A stretch of 47,029 nt of DNA. Origin: an uncultured Actinomycetaceae bacterium. GTDB taxonomy: Bacteria; Actinomycetota; Actinomycetes; Actinomycetales; Actinomycetaceae. Within the stretch, counting starts at the first letter, position 1; the number at the start of each line of letters is the position of its first letter. The translations under genes were made by a program, and so were the position numbers. Location: positions 1 through 47,029 of the forward strand of contig CAUTGT010000001.1 of assembly GCA_963537735.1 (NCBI GenBank), in the 5' to 3' direction. The notes under the pieces are model-generated. The model saw only the letters and a list, made by a program, of their open reading frames with translations. It had not been told where the DNA came from and made no database searches. Of the stretch, positions 35,112 through 43,736 are shown piece by piece.

Positions 35112-36184
35112 GGGGCGGGCCGAACGCAGCGGCGCTCGCCGCCCCGACCACCATTGACGTGTCTGTCGCGTCTGTCCTGGCCGGGCGTGTCCTCGCTGAG
35201 GACATCCCCGTCGTCAGCGCACAGCTCGAAGCGTCGACCGATCGCACGCCCCGCGAGCGCCTTACACTCGAGGCCCCGCATGGGTGGGTGCCCCGTGACC
35301 CCGGCGACCCGCTGAACAACTTCGGGCAGCGGTTGCAGGTCACGCAGACGATCGCCACCGGGGGAGTGACGACCCACGTCAAGGTCGGGGTCTACCAGAT
35401 CGACGCGTGGGAGGAAACCAGCAGCGGCGGTGTGAGCGTGACCGCGTACGACTTGCTACAGCGGTGCGAGAAGAATCCGATGGATTGGCCGTCGTCCCCG
35501 CCCGGCGGGGCGACCGTCTCGTCTGAGTTTCAGCGCCTTGCAGGCTACCCGGATGAGGGGGGCCTGCTGGTGGTTGTCGACGACGGGGACCAGGTGATCC
35601 CCCGTACTTTCGAGTGGGGCACGTCGCGTACGGAGGCCATGGGGAAGCTCGCGGAGGCGTATGGGCTTGCCTGGACGGTGCGCCCTGACGGCGTCCTGCA
35701 CGTGTGGAAACCGCGCGTCGGTGTCGCGTCTGAGACGTACACGGGCCGCGACCTCCTCATCGAGGCCGCCCGTAAGAGCGCAGAGCGCCGCCCGAACAGG
35801 TGGTTCGTCGGTACGACCGGCGAAACCCCGGAAGGTGGCGGCGACGCCCCCCACTACGACGGGATCGCGACCCTGTACGCCGCGCCCTACCAGCCCGCCG
35901 TGTACGGCGTGGTTACGGAGCGCAGCGAAATGCAGATGACGGACCTGCAGGGCACCGTGCAGCAGGCCGCCGAAACGTATCGGGCGAAGGCCCTCGCCGC
36001 ACGGGGGACGCGCAGCCTCGCCCTCGCGTCTGACCCGCGTATCGAGTTGTGGGACACGATCAGCGTGGAGACTGGCGAGGAGGTTGTGACCGGTACCGTC
36101 ACCGGCTACTCGATCGATCTGGCCGATTCTGACGCGCAGATGCGCGTCGACCTGGAGGTTTACGCAAGTGTCAACGCCCGATAG
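35108..36184 (+). CDS. Minor tail / baseplate hub protein
   Basis: PLNNFGQRL, DPRIELWDTI; position. Confidence 0.7.
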   Translation: MRGGPNAAALAAPTTIDVSVASVLAGRVLAEDIPVVSAQLEASTDRTPRERLTLEAPHGWVPRDPGDPLNNFGQRLQVTQTIATGGVTTHVKVGVYQIDAWEETSSGGVSVTAYDLLQRCEKNPMDWPSSPPGGATVSSEFQRLAGYPDEGGLLVVVDDGDQVIPRTFEWGTSRTEAMGKLAEAYGLAWTVRPDGVLHVWKPRVGVASETYTGRDLLIEAARKSAERRPNRWFVGTTGETPEGGGDAPHYDGIATLYAAPYQPAVYGVVTERSEMQMTDLQGTVQQAAETYRAKALAARGTRSLALASDPRIELWDTISVETGEEVVTGTVTGYSIDLADSDAQMRVDLEVYASVNAR

Positions 36185-37901
36185 CCTCTCTGATTGGCTT
36201 GACCTCACCCCACAGCGCGGCCCCGCGCCGCACACGGGGTCTGTGCAGGGCACGGTGACGGGCATCGTCGACGAGGCCGGCGGCCTGGTCGAGGTCACCC
36301 CACACGGCGCCCCGCCCGGCACCACGGTTGTTGTCCCCTCGACCGCTGGCATCACCTGGCAGGGCGCGCCCGTGCGCCTGGACCGCGACACGACCGGCGC
36401 GGCCACTCTCGCCCACGCGCCCACCGTCACCGCCCCTACCGGCGTTGTGACGGTGCCCGTGGGCGAGGCTGCGAAGGCCGCCCGCGACGCCGCGAACCAG
36501 GCGTCCGCCGCCCTGCAGGGTGCGCAGGCCGCCATTGAGGAAACGCGCGACGACCTCACCCGGAAGATCGCCGAAGCCAACGCCGGCCCTATCGATGGGT
36601 CGCGTATCAAGGCGGGCACGGTCACCGCCCGCGAGATCGTCGCAAGCGAAGCCCTGTACGCCAAGCTCGCGGCGTTCGATACCCTCACGGTCGTTGACAA
36701 GATCCGCGCCAAAAACGCCGTCATTCCAGGCGAGCTGATCGCCGACCGCATCACCGGCAAGTGGATCAGCGGCGCGCAACTGCGCGGCTCGGAGTTCGTG
36801 CTCGGCGGCGTCGGCACCACCCGCACCCAGCGCGGCGACAACTTCATGCTCTGGCGCGCCAACTTCACGAACGGTAGCCCGAATGGTGAAAACCCTGCGA
36901 CCACCGCACGCTGGCAGGGCGCGCACCCGGTGTTCGAGATCGTCAATCCCGGCGCTTGGGGGCCTGAGCACGTCGAAACCTACCAGACTCCCACCACGGG
37001 CAAGGCCGTGCGCGACCTGCGCGTGACCCTCACCCTGCAGGCCCCCGCCGGCGCAACAGTCACGGCGACCTACCTGATCGGCGGTGACCCCGCCGTGAGC
37101 ACCACCTCCACCAGCGAGGCGACAACACGCACCCTGACGCTGAACGTCGGTGACCTTGAGAGCACCGATCAGCGGCAGATTATGGTCACCGCGACCTGGC
37201 CGCGCACCACGCCGCCGGCGGGCCGCCAATGGCCGATCCGCCTCACCCTCACCAACTGGACCGAGGCATACGCGGACCCCGCGCCCAGCCGAATCAGCAT
37301 GACGCGAACCAGTCAGAACGTGCAGATTCAGCTCGCCGACGGCGCAGGCAACGACACCGCCCTCACGCCCACCGGGCTCGCTTACTGGCAGACCATCAAC
37401 GGACGCCGAACCCTTGTGTCCGAACTACCCTGGGCCGCGCTCGCGGATAAGCCCACCTTGTGCTGGGCGTCTGGTGAGGTCTCATCGACGGTATCCAACG
37501 GGGATGTGTGGAATCGCCTCCAGTTGCTAACGGGCGGGCGGAAGCTCGTCGAGACCGGCGGCACATGGCATCTATCAGACGGCGGGCAGACCGTCACGGT
37601 CCCAAAGGCCGGCGTTTATCAGGTCGAGGCCTGGGTTGCCGTGAAGTCTTACGGGTGGGACGGCACGGTTCTGCTTGCGGTCACAAACGCCGCGCGTGGG
37701 GCCGTCTACTCCCCGACGTCTGCGTTCGGGTCGGTCTACGCGTACGGGTCCGCCGGCCCCGGCCAGTACATGACGATCCGCACGTCAGGCATGATCCGCT
37801 GCGCTGAGGGTGAGCGCCTCGGTATCGCCCTGCAATCAACGCAGAAGTCCTATGCCACGCTCAAGGACTACAGATTCACCGCAACCTACCTGCGACAGTA
37901 A
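36168..37901 (+). CDS. Minor tail protein / tail fibre
   Basis: IDGSRIKAGTVTAREI repeat-like segment; beta-rich C-terminus (VPKAGVYQV). Confidence 0.7.
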   Translation: MSTPDSLSDWLDLTPQRGPAPHTGSVQGTVTGIVDEAGGLVEVTPHGAPPGTTVVVPSTAGITWQGAPVRLDRDTTGAATLAHAPTVTAPTGVVTVPVGEAAKAARDAANQASAALQGAQAAIEETRDDLTRKIAEANAGPIDGSRIKAGTVTAREIVASEALYAKLAAFDTLTVVDKIRAKNAVIPGELIADRITGKWISGAQLRGSEFVLGGVGTTRTQRGDNFMLWRANFTNGSPNGENPATTARWQGAHPVFEIVNPGAWGPEHVETYQTPTTGKAVRDLRVTLTLQAPAGATVTATYLIGGDPAVSTTSTSEATTRTLTLNVGDLESTDQRQIMVTATWPRTTPPAGRQWPIRLTLTNWTEAYADPAPSRISMTRTSQNVQIQLADGAGNDTALTPTGLAYWQTINGRRTLVSELPWAALADKPTLCWASGEVSSTVSNGDVWNRLQLLTGGRKLVETGGTWHLSDGGQTVTVPKAGVYQVEAWVAVKSYGWDGTVLLAVTNAARGAVYSPTSAFGSVYAYGSAGPGQYMTIRTSGMIRCAEGERLGIALQSTQKSYATLKDYRFTATYLRQ

Positions 37902-37912
37902 GGGGAACCATC

Positions 37913-38536
37913 GTGACCATCGAACAGTGGAACCGGGTCCGCACGCCCGAGGCGGGTGAGGACATCCTCGCCACCTGGCCGAAAACCGCCGGCTCGATCA
38001 GCCACATCATTCACGTCGACACATACGACGAGGCCGTGAACGTCTGTAACGCCGCCGCCCGCGCCGGGCAGCCACCGACCGCCGCCAGGCCGATCTACTT
38101 TGACATGTCGAACCACATCCACAAGTGTGAGGGCCGGAAGAACCAGCGCGGCCAGTGGGAACTCACGCGCCTGACTCCCGTCATTACGTACGGGTCCGCC
38201 GCGGGTAACTGGGTCGTCGGCGCGAAGGCGTCGGTCCCCGCGCAGACGCCGCGCGTCGAGCAGCACGGGCGATGGACGGGATTCGCCCAGTACGAGGGCG
38301 TCGCCGGGGCGAAGCGGTGCGTGACCCCGTTTATCAACTTCCCCGTCTCGTTCCCTGACGACTGTGTCCACGTCGGGATCACGTTCGCGTACGGGCAGGT
38401 GAACTCGGACGTGAACGCGCATATCCCGACCCGCTGGGCGATTGACACCCTCGGCCCTACCGGGTTCCGCATCACCTTCCCCGACCGCGACGTCGCCACC
38501 GCCGTGAGCTTCACGTTCCACGCCACCGGCTACTGA
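37913..38536 (+). CDS. Minor tail protein with a lectin/gp53-like C-terminal domain
   Basis: INFPVSFPDDC...TGFRI...SFTFHATGY. Confidence 0.6.
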   Translation: MTIEQWNRVRTPEAGEDILATWPKTAGSISHIIHVDTYDEAVNVCNAAARAGQPPTAARPIYFDMSNHIHKCEGRKNQRGQWELTRLTPVITYGSAAGNWVVGAKASVPAQTPRVEQHGRWTGFAQYEGVAGAKRCVTPFINFPVSFPDDCVHVGITFAYGQVNSDVNAHIPTRWAIDTLGPTGFRITFPDRDVATAVSFTFHATGY

Positions 38537-38553
38537 GCAACCCAATTTTTCAC

Positions 38554-38582
38554 GCCCTCGGACAAGCCCGTCCGGGGGCTTT
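38554..38582 (+). terminator. Hairpin between the tail and lysis genes
   Basis: GCCCTCGGAC/GTCCGGGGGC followed by TTT. Confidence 0.5.
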
Positions 38583-38607
38583 CCCATACCCACTGGAGGA
38601 GAAACCA

Positions 38608-38715
38608 ATGGAACCGAACATCGAGCAGCTTATGGCCTCGATGACGCCGGCGACGGACACGCCGCCCGACGTCGTCACCCCGATTTACATCCCTTACGAG
38701 GAGGTCTCCCGATGA
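38608..38715 (+). CDS. 35-aa peptide upstream of the endolysin
   Basis: RBS GGGAGAG; MEPNIEQLMASMTPATD...; stop overlaps the endolysin ATG. Confidence 0.45.
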   Translation: MEPNIEQLMASMTPATDTPPDVVTPIYIPYEEVSR

Positions 38716-39548
38716 CCATGACAGCAAGCAAGGCCCTCGCGTGGGCCGCAAGCCAGATCGGCTACACCCGCTGGGACGACCCCGAGGAAGGCTCCCGTTA
38801 CGGGCGCTGGTACGCGGACAAGCACGGCGCGTACTACGGGACTAGCGGCGTGCCGTTCTGCGCCATGTTCGCGTCCTGGTGCCTGACCGACAATGACGGC
38901 GCATCCGCCATCCCCGGCGGCGACTTCGCCTACGTGCCCTACGGCATCAACGCCGCCGCCCGCGAAGGCCGACTCGTCTCCCCCATGACCCAGGCAGCGC
39001 CCGGCGACCTCGTGTGCTTCGACTGGGACGACGACGGCATCGCCGACCACGTCGGCATCGTCGAAGCCAACTACGGCGGATGGCTCCAGACCATCGAAGG
39101 CAACACCAGCTCGGGCGCCGCGGGATCGCAGAGCAACGGCGGCGGCGTGTGGCGTAGGACCAGAGACTGGTCCTCGGTGTGTGCGGTCATCCGCCCGCAC
39201 TACGGCGACGCGACCACCTCCTCGGGCTACACCGACGTCACGGCGCTCCAGGCGGCAGTCGGCGCGACCGCCGACAACATCGTCGGCCCCGACACGACGA
39301 AGCGCATTTATGCCGTCGTCGCCGCCTCCAGCTGGGGCGGGCGCCAGTTCCCCTTCGGTGTCGAATACGTCCAGTCCGTCATCGGCACCGAGGCGGACGG
39401 CATCTGGGGCGACGCCTCCGACGAGGCGCACGACCGCGTCGTCGGCAACCTCCAGCGCGCCGTCGGCGTGGACGACGATGAAATCTACGGACCCGCAACA
39501 AACCAGGCGATTAACACCGCGCTCGCGGGCGCGGAGAAGGGAAACTGA
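38712..39548 (+). CDS. Endolysin (CHAP domain plus peptidoglycan-binding repeats)
   Basis: FCAMFASW (catalytic Cys), DHVGIV (His), TIEGNT; ADNIVG/ADGIWG/DDEIYG repeats. Confidence 0.9.
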   Translation: MTMTASKALAWAASQIGYTRWDDPEEGSRYGRWYADKHGAYYGTSGVPFCAMFASWCLTDNDGASAIPGGDFAYVPYGINAAAREGRLVSPMTQAAPGDLVCFDWDDDGIADHVGIVEANYGGWLQTIEGNTSSGAAGSQSNGGGVWRRTRDWSSVCAVIRPHYGDATTSSGYTDVTALQAAVGATADNIVGPDTTKRIYAVVAASSWGGRQFPFGVEYVQSVIGTEADGIWGDASDEAHDRVVGNLQRAVGVDDDEIYGPATNQAINTALAGAEKGN

Positions 39549-39549
39549 C

Positions 39550-39948
39550 GTGAACAATCTCCTCCTCGGCTTGCAGTCCGATCCGTTCCTGGTGACTGTC
39601 GTCGTCGGCCTCATCTGGCCGGTTGTCCAGGCGGCGCTCGACCGCCCGTACTGGACGCCGCGACGCCGTAAGGTTCTGCTCGCGGGCGTCGCCGTCGTCG
39701 TCTCCCTCGCTGTCTGGGTCTCGGGCTCCTACCCGGCGACCTGGCAGCTGATCGTCGCCAATGCGTCGGTGTTCCTGGGTATTGCCTGGGGCGTTTTCCA
39801 GGTGCTTTCGGCCATCAAGATTAACGGCGCGTCCCTGATTGACTGGGCGGGCGCCCTCACGCCTGGCGGCGAAACTGTTGACGACCTGCACCTGCGCGGC
39901 CTCGCTGATCTGTCCGGTGGTGATGCGGGCGGTGACCGTGCCCAGTGA
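39550..39948 (+). CDS. Holin
   Basis: Three hydrophobic helices directly after the endolysin. Confidence 0.75.
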   Translation: MNNLLLGLQSDPFLVTVVVGLIWPVVQAALDRPYWTPRRRKVLLAGVAVVVSLAVWVSGSYPATWQLIVANASVFLGIAWGVFQVLSAIKINGASLIDWAGALTPGGETVDDLHLRGLADLSGGDAGGDRAQ

Positions 39949-40439
39949 CCCATATCCTCACAGATCCCAAGGTCGTCGAGGCCATTAACGGGCTCGTCGC
40001 CGTCATGATCGCCGGGCTGGGCGGCGCCGCCGCCGTCGGTTTCGCTCGCCTGAAAACGAGCATGGAGTCGCATCTTCAGCGGGCGACCCGCGCCGCTGAG
40101 GAGGCGAAGGTCGCCGCCCAATCCGCTGACGCTCAGGTCAGCAACGACCACAGCACGAATATCCGCGACGACCTAGACACCGTGCGCGACACCGTGAAGG
40201 CAGTCAGCGAAGCGGTCGACCGCGTCGCGTCAACGCTCGACAACCACGGTGGCAGTCTTGCGGACATGAAGGCGCGGATCGACCGCATCGATGAGCGCGG
40301 TGCCCGCCTGGCCGCCGAGATACACGATGAGCGCACCGCCCGCGAAGCGGCGACGCGCATCATCGACACGCACGCGCACGACACGCACCTGGCGATCTAC
40401 GAGCGCCTCGATGCGCTAGAAGCGCGCGACACCAAGTAA
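39945..40439 (+). CDS. Lysis-cassette membrane protein (DUF2746-like)
   Basis: N-terminal TM, QVSNDHSTNIRDDLD, coiled coil. Confidence 0.65.
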   Translation: MTHILTDPKVVEAINGLVAVMIAGLGGAAAVGFARLKTSMESHLQRATRAAEEAKVAAQSADAQVSNDHSTNIRDDLDTVRDTVKAVSEAVDRVASTLDNHGGSLADMKARIDRIDERGARLAAEIHDERTAREAATRIIDTHAHDTHLAIYERLDALEARDTK

Positions 40440-40527
40440 CCCGCCCCCGCGCCGCGACGACCCCCGAGGCTCGCGGCGCATGGGGCGGGCCACCCCACAC
40501 CTCCCAGCTACACAGTGAGGACCACCA

Positions 40528-41616
40528 ATGACCGCCACCATCAAGGGCCACGTCAAAGACCCAACCGGCAAGCCCGTCACCGTCACAATCACCGCCACCC
40601 CCAACCCGAACCCGACGCGCACCCCTGACGGCGACCTCATCGTCCCCGGATCTGTCATGAGCGCGGGCGACGACGGCCACGTCACCGCCGAACTCAGTGC
40701 GGGCCGTTACGTCGTGTCCGTCGCGTCCCCGACCGGCCTCCTCGCCGAACGCGACGTGACCCTCACCGACGGGCAGACCATGACGCTCGGTGACCTCCTC
40801 ACCGCCCCCGCGCCCACGCCCGACACCCCAGCGCCCGGCGGCACGCCCCTCGTCGATGAACATGGCAAGCCCCTCACCCTCGCCGACATCAAGATCGTCA
40901 ACACCCGCGCCGAAGCCGAAGCACTCCCCGACGGCACCGTGTACCTCATCACCGAGCAGACGGACGCGCCTGGCCACGACGACCACGGCGAAACCAAGCC
41001 GAACCCCGCGGCTGGCCCGACCCTCGTCGCTCATGCTTCGGGGCAGCATATCGGCGACACAATCACGATCCGCACCGACGGCCAGGCGGGCGATCGCGCG
41101 ATCGTCGCAGTCAACACCAAGGCAGTCAACGGGCAGACCTTCACCTTCCCCACAGGTTTTGCGACCCTCGTTGAGCCTTACTGGATCGGCACGATGCGTT
41201 TCACCGTCGCCGTCGGCCCCTGGGCACCCGAACTCACGGTGCGCACGTCGCAGCCCGTAGAGGCCGGATACGCCGCCGTCACCACGCGCGGCGGCGGTAC
41301 GCCGATCGTCGGCCAGGTCAAAAAGCGCCAAGCCGAACCCGCCGAGACCGGCACCTGCACAGCCCCCGAAGTCCCAGCGACCACGGGCCTGACGATCGGC
41401 TTCGCATTTGAGCGCACGACGGCGCCAGAAACAGCAGACCAGGTCACCATCAACCAGGGCTGGGAGCGCCTCGAGTATGCAGCGCAGGAGGGCAACAACC
41501 TGCAGACCGTGCTCGCGGCGCGTCGCACCGCCCCGGCGGGCGATCTCACTGTCACTTACCCGAATACACAGACGTCGAACGGTGCGGGCGTTCAGGTGGT
41601 GATTCCTAATGCGTGA
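40528..41616 (+). CDS. Putative virion-associated beta-rich protein (fibre/adaptor-like)
   Basis: N-terminal GHVKDPTG Ig-like segment, EALPDGTVYLI linker, beta-rich C-terminal domain. Confidence 0.55.
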   Translation: MTATIKGHVKDPTGKPVTVTITATPNPNPTRTPDGDLIVPGSVMSAGDDGHVTAELSAGRYVVSVASPTGLLAERDVTLTDGQTMTLGDLLTAPAPTPDTPAPGGTPLVDEHGKPLTLADIKIVNTRAEAEALPDGTVYLITEQTDAPGHDDHGETKPNPAAGPTLVAHASGQHIGDTITIRTDGQAGDRAIVAVNTKAVNGQTFTFPTGFATLVEPYWIGTMRFTVAVGPWAPELTVRTSQPVEAGYAAVTTRGGGTPIVGQVKKRQAEPAETGTCTAPEVPATTGLTIGFAFERTTAPETADQVTINQGWERLEYAAQEGNNLQTVLAARRTAPAGDLTVTYPNTQTSNGAGVQVVIPNA

Positions 41617-42490
41617 CGCCGTCGAAAACGTCCCGGTGGGCCGCGTGCTGCGCGTGCGGCGCCGTGACGGCGGAGATGTGACGGGTCGCCTGTACCGCCG
41701 CCGACGCGAAGGCGGCGATATTCCCCTGCGACCCCGCACAGCGACGACACCGGGCGCGGCGCGTGACCTGGTCGCCGAGTTCCTTGCACGCAGGCCCTTC
41801 TACATCAGTCACCGGCTCGGGGGCACCGAGTACCCGGAATTCACGCAGGCGGGCCTCGACGCGTCCCTGCGCGCGGGCTTCAAGGCCCTTGAAATCTCCC
41901 TGCGCAGGTGCGGTTCTGGCGAATACGTCATGATTCATGACTGGACGACGGAGCGCGTCGTGCCCGGCACGAAGCTCCCGATCTGGTCGACGCCGTGGGA
42001 CACGCTGAAAACGCTGCGACAGGGATCGGGGCCGCTTATGAGGTTCACCGACCTACTCGAACAGCTCCCCGATGATGTCATCCTGGCCGTCGACCACAAG
42101 GTGACATCCTCGAAGCAGGACGCGAACTCATCGGACCTGCAGTCTGAGCTGGACCTGTACACGCTGCTCGACGACGCTTTCGACGGCCACCCCGAACGGC
42201 GGGTGCTGTGGAAGCACTTTGTCAACGCGGGGTCCGTGGACCGCGCCAAGGCACGCGGATATAGGAGCATGTGTATGCTCTACCCGAACGAGCTCGCCAC
42301 CGCCGACCTGTCCCGCTGGGACGTTCTGGGCATGGAGTGGAACGCGCCCGCCGCCGCCTGGCAACAGCTCACGGCGACCGGGAAACCCACCATCGCGCAC
42401 ATCATCACGAACACGGGGCAGGCGCAAACCGCGCTCGGGAAGGGCGCGGGCGGCCTCATGGCCTCCTGGCCGACCACCGTCCACCCGTAA
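41609..42490 (+). CDS. Glycerophosphodiester phosphodiesterase (GDPD) family protein
   Basis: SHRLGG...PEFT...ALEISL...MIHDWTTER: both catalytic His residues present, variant metal motif. Confidence 0.75.
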   Translation: MRDAVENVPVGRVLRVRRRDGGDVTGRLYRRRREGGDIPLRPRTATTPGAARDLVAEFLARRPFYISHRLGGTEYPEFTQAGLDASLRAGFKALEISLRRCGSGEYVMIHDWTTERVVPGTKLPIWSTPWDTLKTLRQGSGPLMRFTDLLEQLPDDVILAVDHKVTSSKQDANSSDLQSELDLYTLLDDAFDGHPERRVLWKHFVNAGSVDRAKARGYRSMCMLYPNELATADLSRWDVLGMEWNAPAAAWQQLTATGKPTIAHIITNTGQAQTALGKGAGGLMASWPTTVHP

Positions 42491-42505
42491 GCCCCCGCGC
42501 TCGCG

Positions 42506-42546
42506 CAAAGCCCCCACCGACCCGTTTCTGGGCGGTGGGGGCTTTG
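42506..42546. terminator. Bidirectional terminator ending the late operon and the leftward accessory operon
   Basis: CAAAGCCCCCACCG/CGGTGGGGGCTTTG. Confidence 0.8.
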
Positions 42547-42592
42547 TCGTGTTTCAGGCGGGGAACATATCGGTTTTTCCGAATAGTTCTTC

Positions 42593-42808
42593 CTATTTGC
42601 GTAGGTCTGTGCGTGCGCCCTGGCCGGGCCGCGAGGCCAGCCACGCGTCGATTGTCTCAGGTGACCAGCCGCGCAGGGGGCCGTTCGGCGTGCTGATCTG
42701 TACGTCAGCGGGTGGGGTCAGTCCCTTGCGCATGTATGACCTAATCGTCGCCGGGGCCAGGCCGGCGCGGGCGGCGAAGTCAGCGGCGCCCAGGTACTCG
42801 CGTGTCAT
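42593..42808 (-). CDS. AlpA/MerR-like HTH protein (71 aa)
   Basis: YLGAADFAARAGLAPATIRSY...GWSPETIDAWLASRPGQGARTDL; TAATG-coupled to the upstream gene. Confidence 0.75.
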   Translation of the reverse strand: MTREYLGAADFAARAGLAPATIRSYMRKGLTPPADVQISTPNGPLRGWSPETIDAWLASRPGQGARTDLRK

Positions 42809-43227
42809 TATGCCTCCCTGGTGGTTCGGGTGGTGATTTCGACGGGGATGTCCTGGTCGGAAAGGAAAGCGAAGGCCCTCCCGACACACGCCTGATACGT
42901 GGACAGTGGCAGGCGCGAGGCCCACTCGCAGCCCTGTTCGTACGCGGCTTGATCGACGTACGAGATGAGCGCGGTCGGAATGACGCGCACGTCCTCGATC
43001 TCGTCGTCAGCGGGGGCCGTCAGCTCGTCGACGCAGTCGAGGGCAGCGTCCTCAAGGTTGCCGAGCAGCATGTGAACACTGATCGGGTCTCGCGGTGTGC
43101 CCTTGCCGATCTCCCACGAGCGGATCGCGCTTTCGGGAGCATCGATGAGGTCGCCGAGTTCGGCGCGTGTGAGCCCGAGGGCTTTGCGTCGACATCGAAG
43201 GCCGGCGGGGGTGATCGGTTCGGTCAA
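42808..43227 (-). CDS. XRE HTH regulator with an Aca2/DUF1870-like C-terminal domain
   Basis: ITPAGLRCRRKALGLTRAELG...IRSWEIG..P, then LISYVDQAAY...YQACVGR; TTG start after AGGAGG. Confidence 0.7.
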   Translation of the reverse strand: MTEPITPAGLRCRRKALGLTRAELGDLIDAPESAIRSWEIGKGTPRDPISVHMLLGNLEDAALDCVDELTAPADDEIEDVRVIPTALISYVDQAAYEQGCEWASRLPLSTYQACVGRAFAFLSDQDIPVEITTRTTREA

Positions 43228-43288
43228 TTGGTCCTCCTATGGGTTGGCCCTGCGTCCTGCGGTGGGCGCGGGGGCCGGTCGGTTAGGG

Positions 43289-43633
43289 TCAGAGTTCAAC
43301 GCCGCGGCGCTTGCAGTAGGTGACGAGGCCTCCGGGCTTGTTGTCGGTGATCCACTGCGCGGCCAGGCCACAGATGTAAGCGCGGCTCGGGCAGTCCTTC
43401 ACTGTCTCATCGATGACACGGTTCTTGTTCGCATCCTTCAGGATGATGCGGTACCCCTCGCCCTTCGTGAACTGGACGCTCACGGTGCCGATGAGGAAAC
43501 AGCCTCGCTTCATCCTGTTGAATCGCTCGGCCCACAGCATCGCGGAGTAGTGACCATTCAGGCGTCCGCGCTCGTCGCTGATCTGAACGTTGTCGGCGTT
43601 CCAGGTGGTGCGGAAAACGGTCGTGGTGGTCAT
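43289..43633 (-). CDS. Small basic hypothetical protein, first gene of the accessory operon (candidate anti-CRISPR/anti-defence)
   Basis: 114 aa from ATG 43633 after GAAGGAG; function inferred only. Confidence 0.7.
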   Translation of the reverse strand: MTTTTVFRTTWNADNVQISDERGRLNGHYSAMLWAERFNRMKRGCFLIGTVSVQFTKGEGYRIILKDANKNRVIDETVKDCPSRAYICGLAAQWITDNKPGGLVTYCKRRGVEL

Positions 43634-43656
43634 TTCGGTGTCTCCTTCGTTGAGGT

Positions 43657-43715
43657 TCGGGGGGCTTGTCCCTCCCGATGACTCAACTATAGCTCGCGCA
43701 CGGGCTACTACGCAA
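43657..43715 (-). promoter_or_regulatory. Promoter TTGCGT-N18-TATAGT with spacer inverted repeat and 5'-UTR hairpin (copy 2)
   Basis: Inverted repeat TAGCTCG-CGCA-CGGGCTA at 43690-43707; homologous to 20645-20702. Confidence 0.75.
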
Positions 43716-43736
43716 GCCAAGTTAGGGAGATGTGCG

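Noticed and set aside
36168..38536. Diversity-generating retroelement or invertible tail-fibre cassette
   Set aside because: No reverse transcriptase or invertase gene, and no template/variable repeat pair seen
28465..41739. Long minus-strand ORFs (28465-30069, 32548-33954, 35456-36946, 40360-41739)
   Set aside because: Typical high-GC antisense shadows of structural genes; no motifs or RBS
42808..43633. Type II toxin-antitoxin pair
   Set aside because: The 114-aa protein shows no RelE, HicA, PIN or Fic motifs, and the leader shared with a solo cassette fits acr-aca organisation better; not formally excluded
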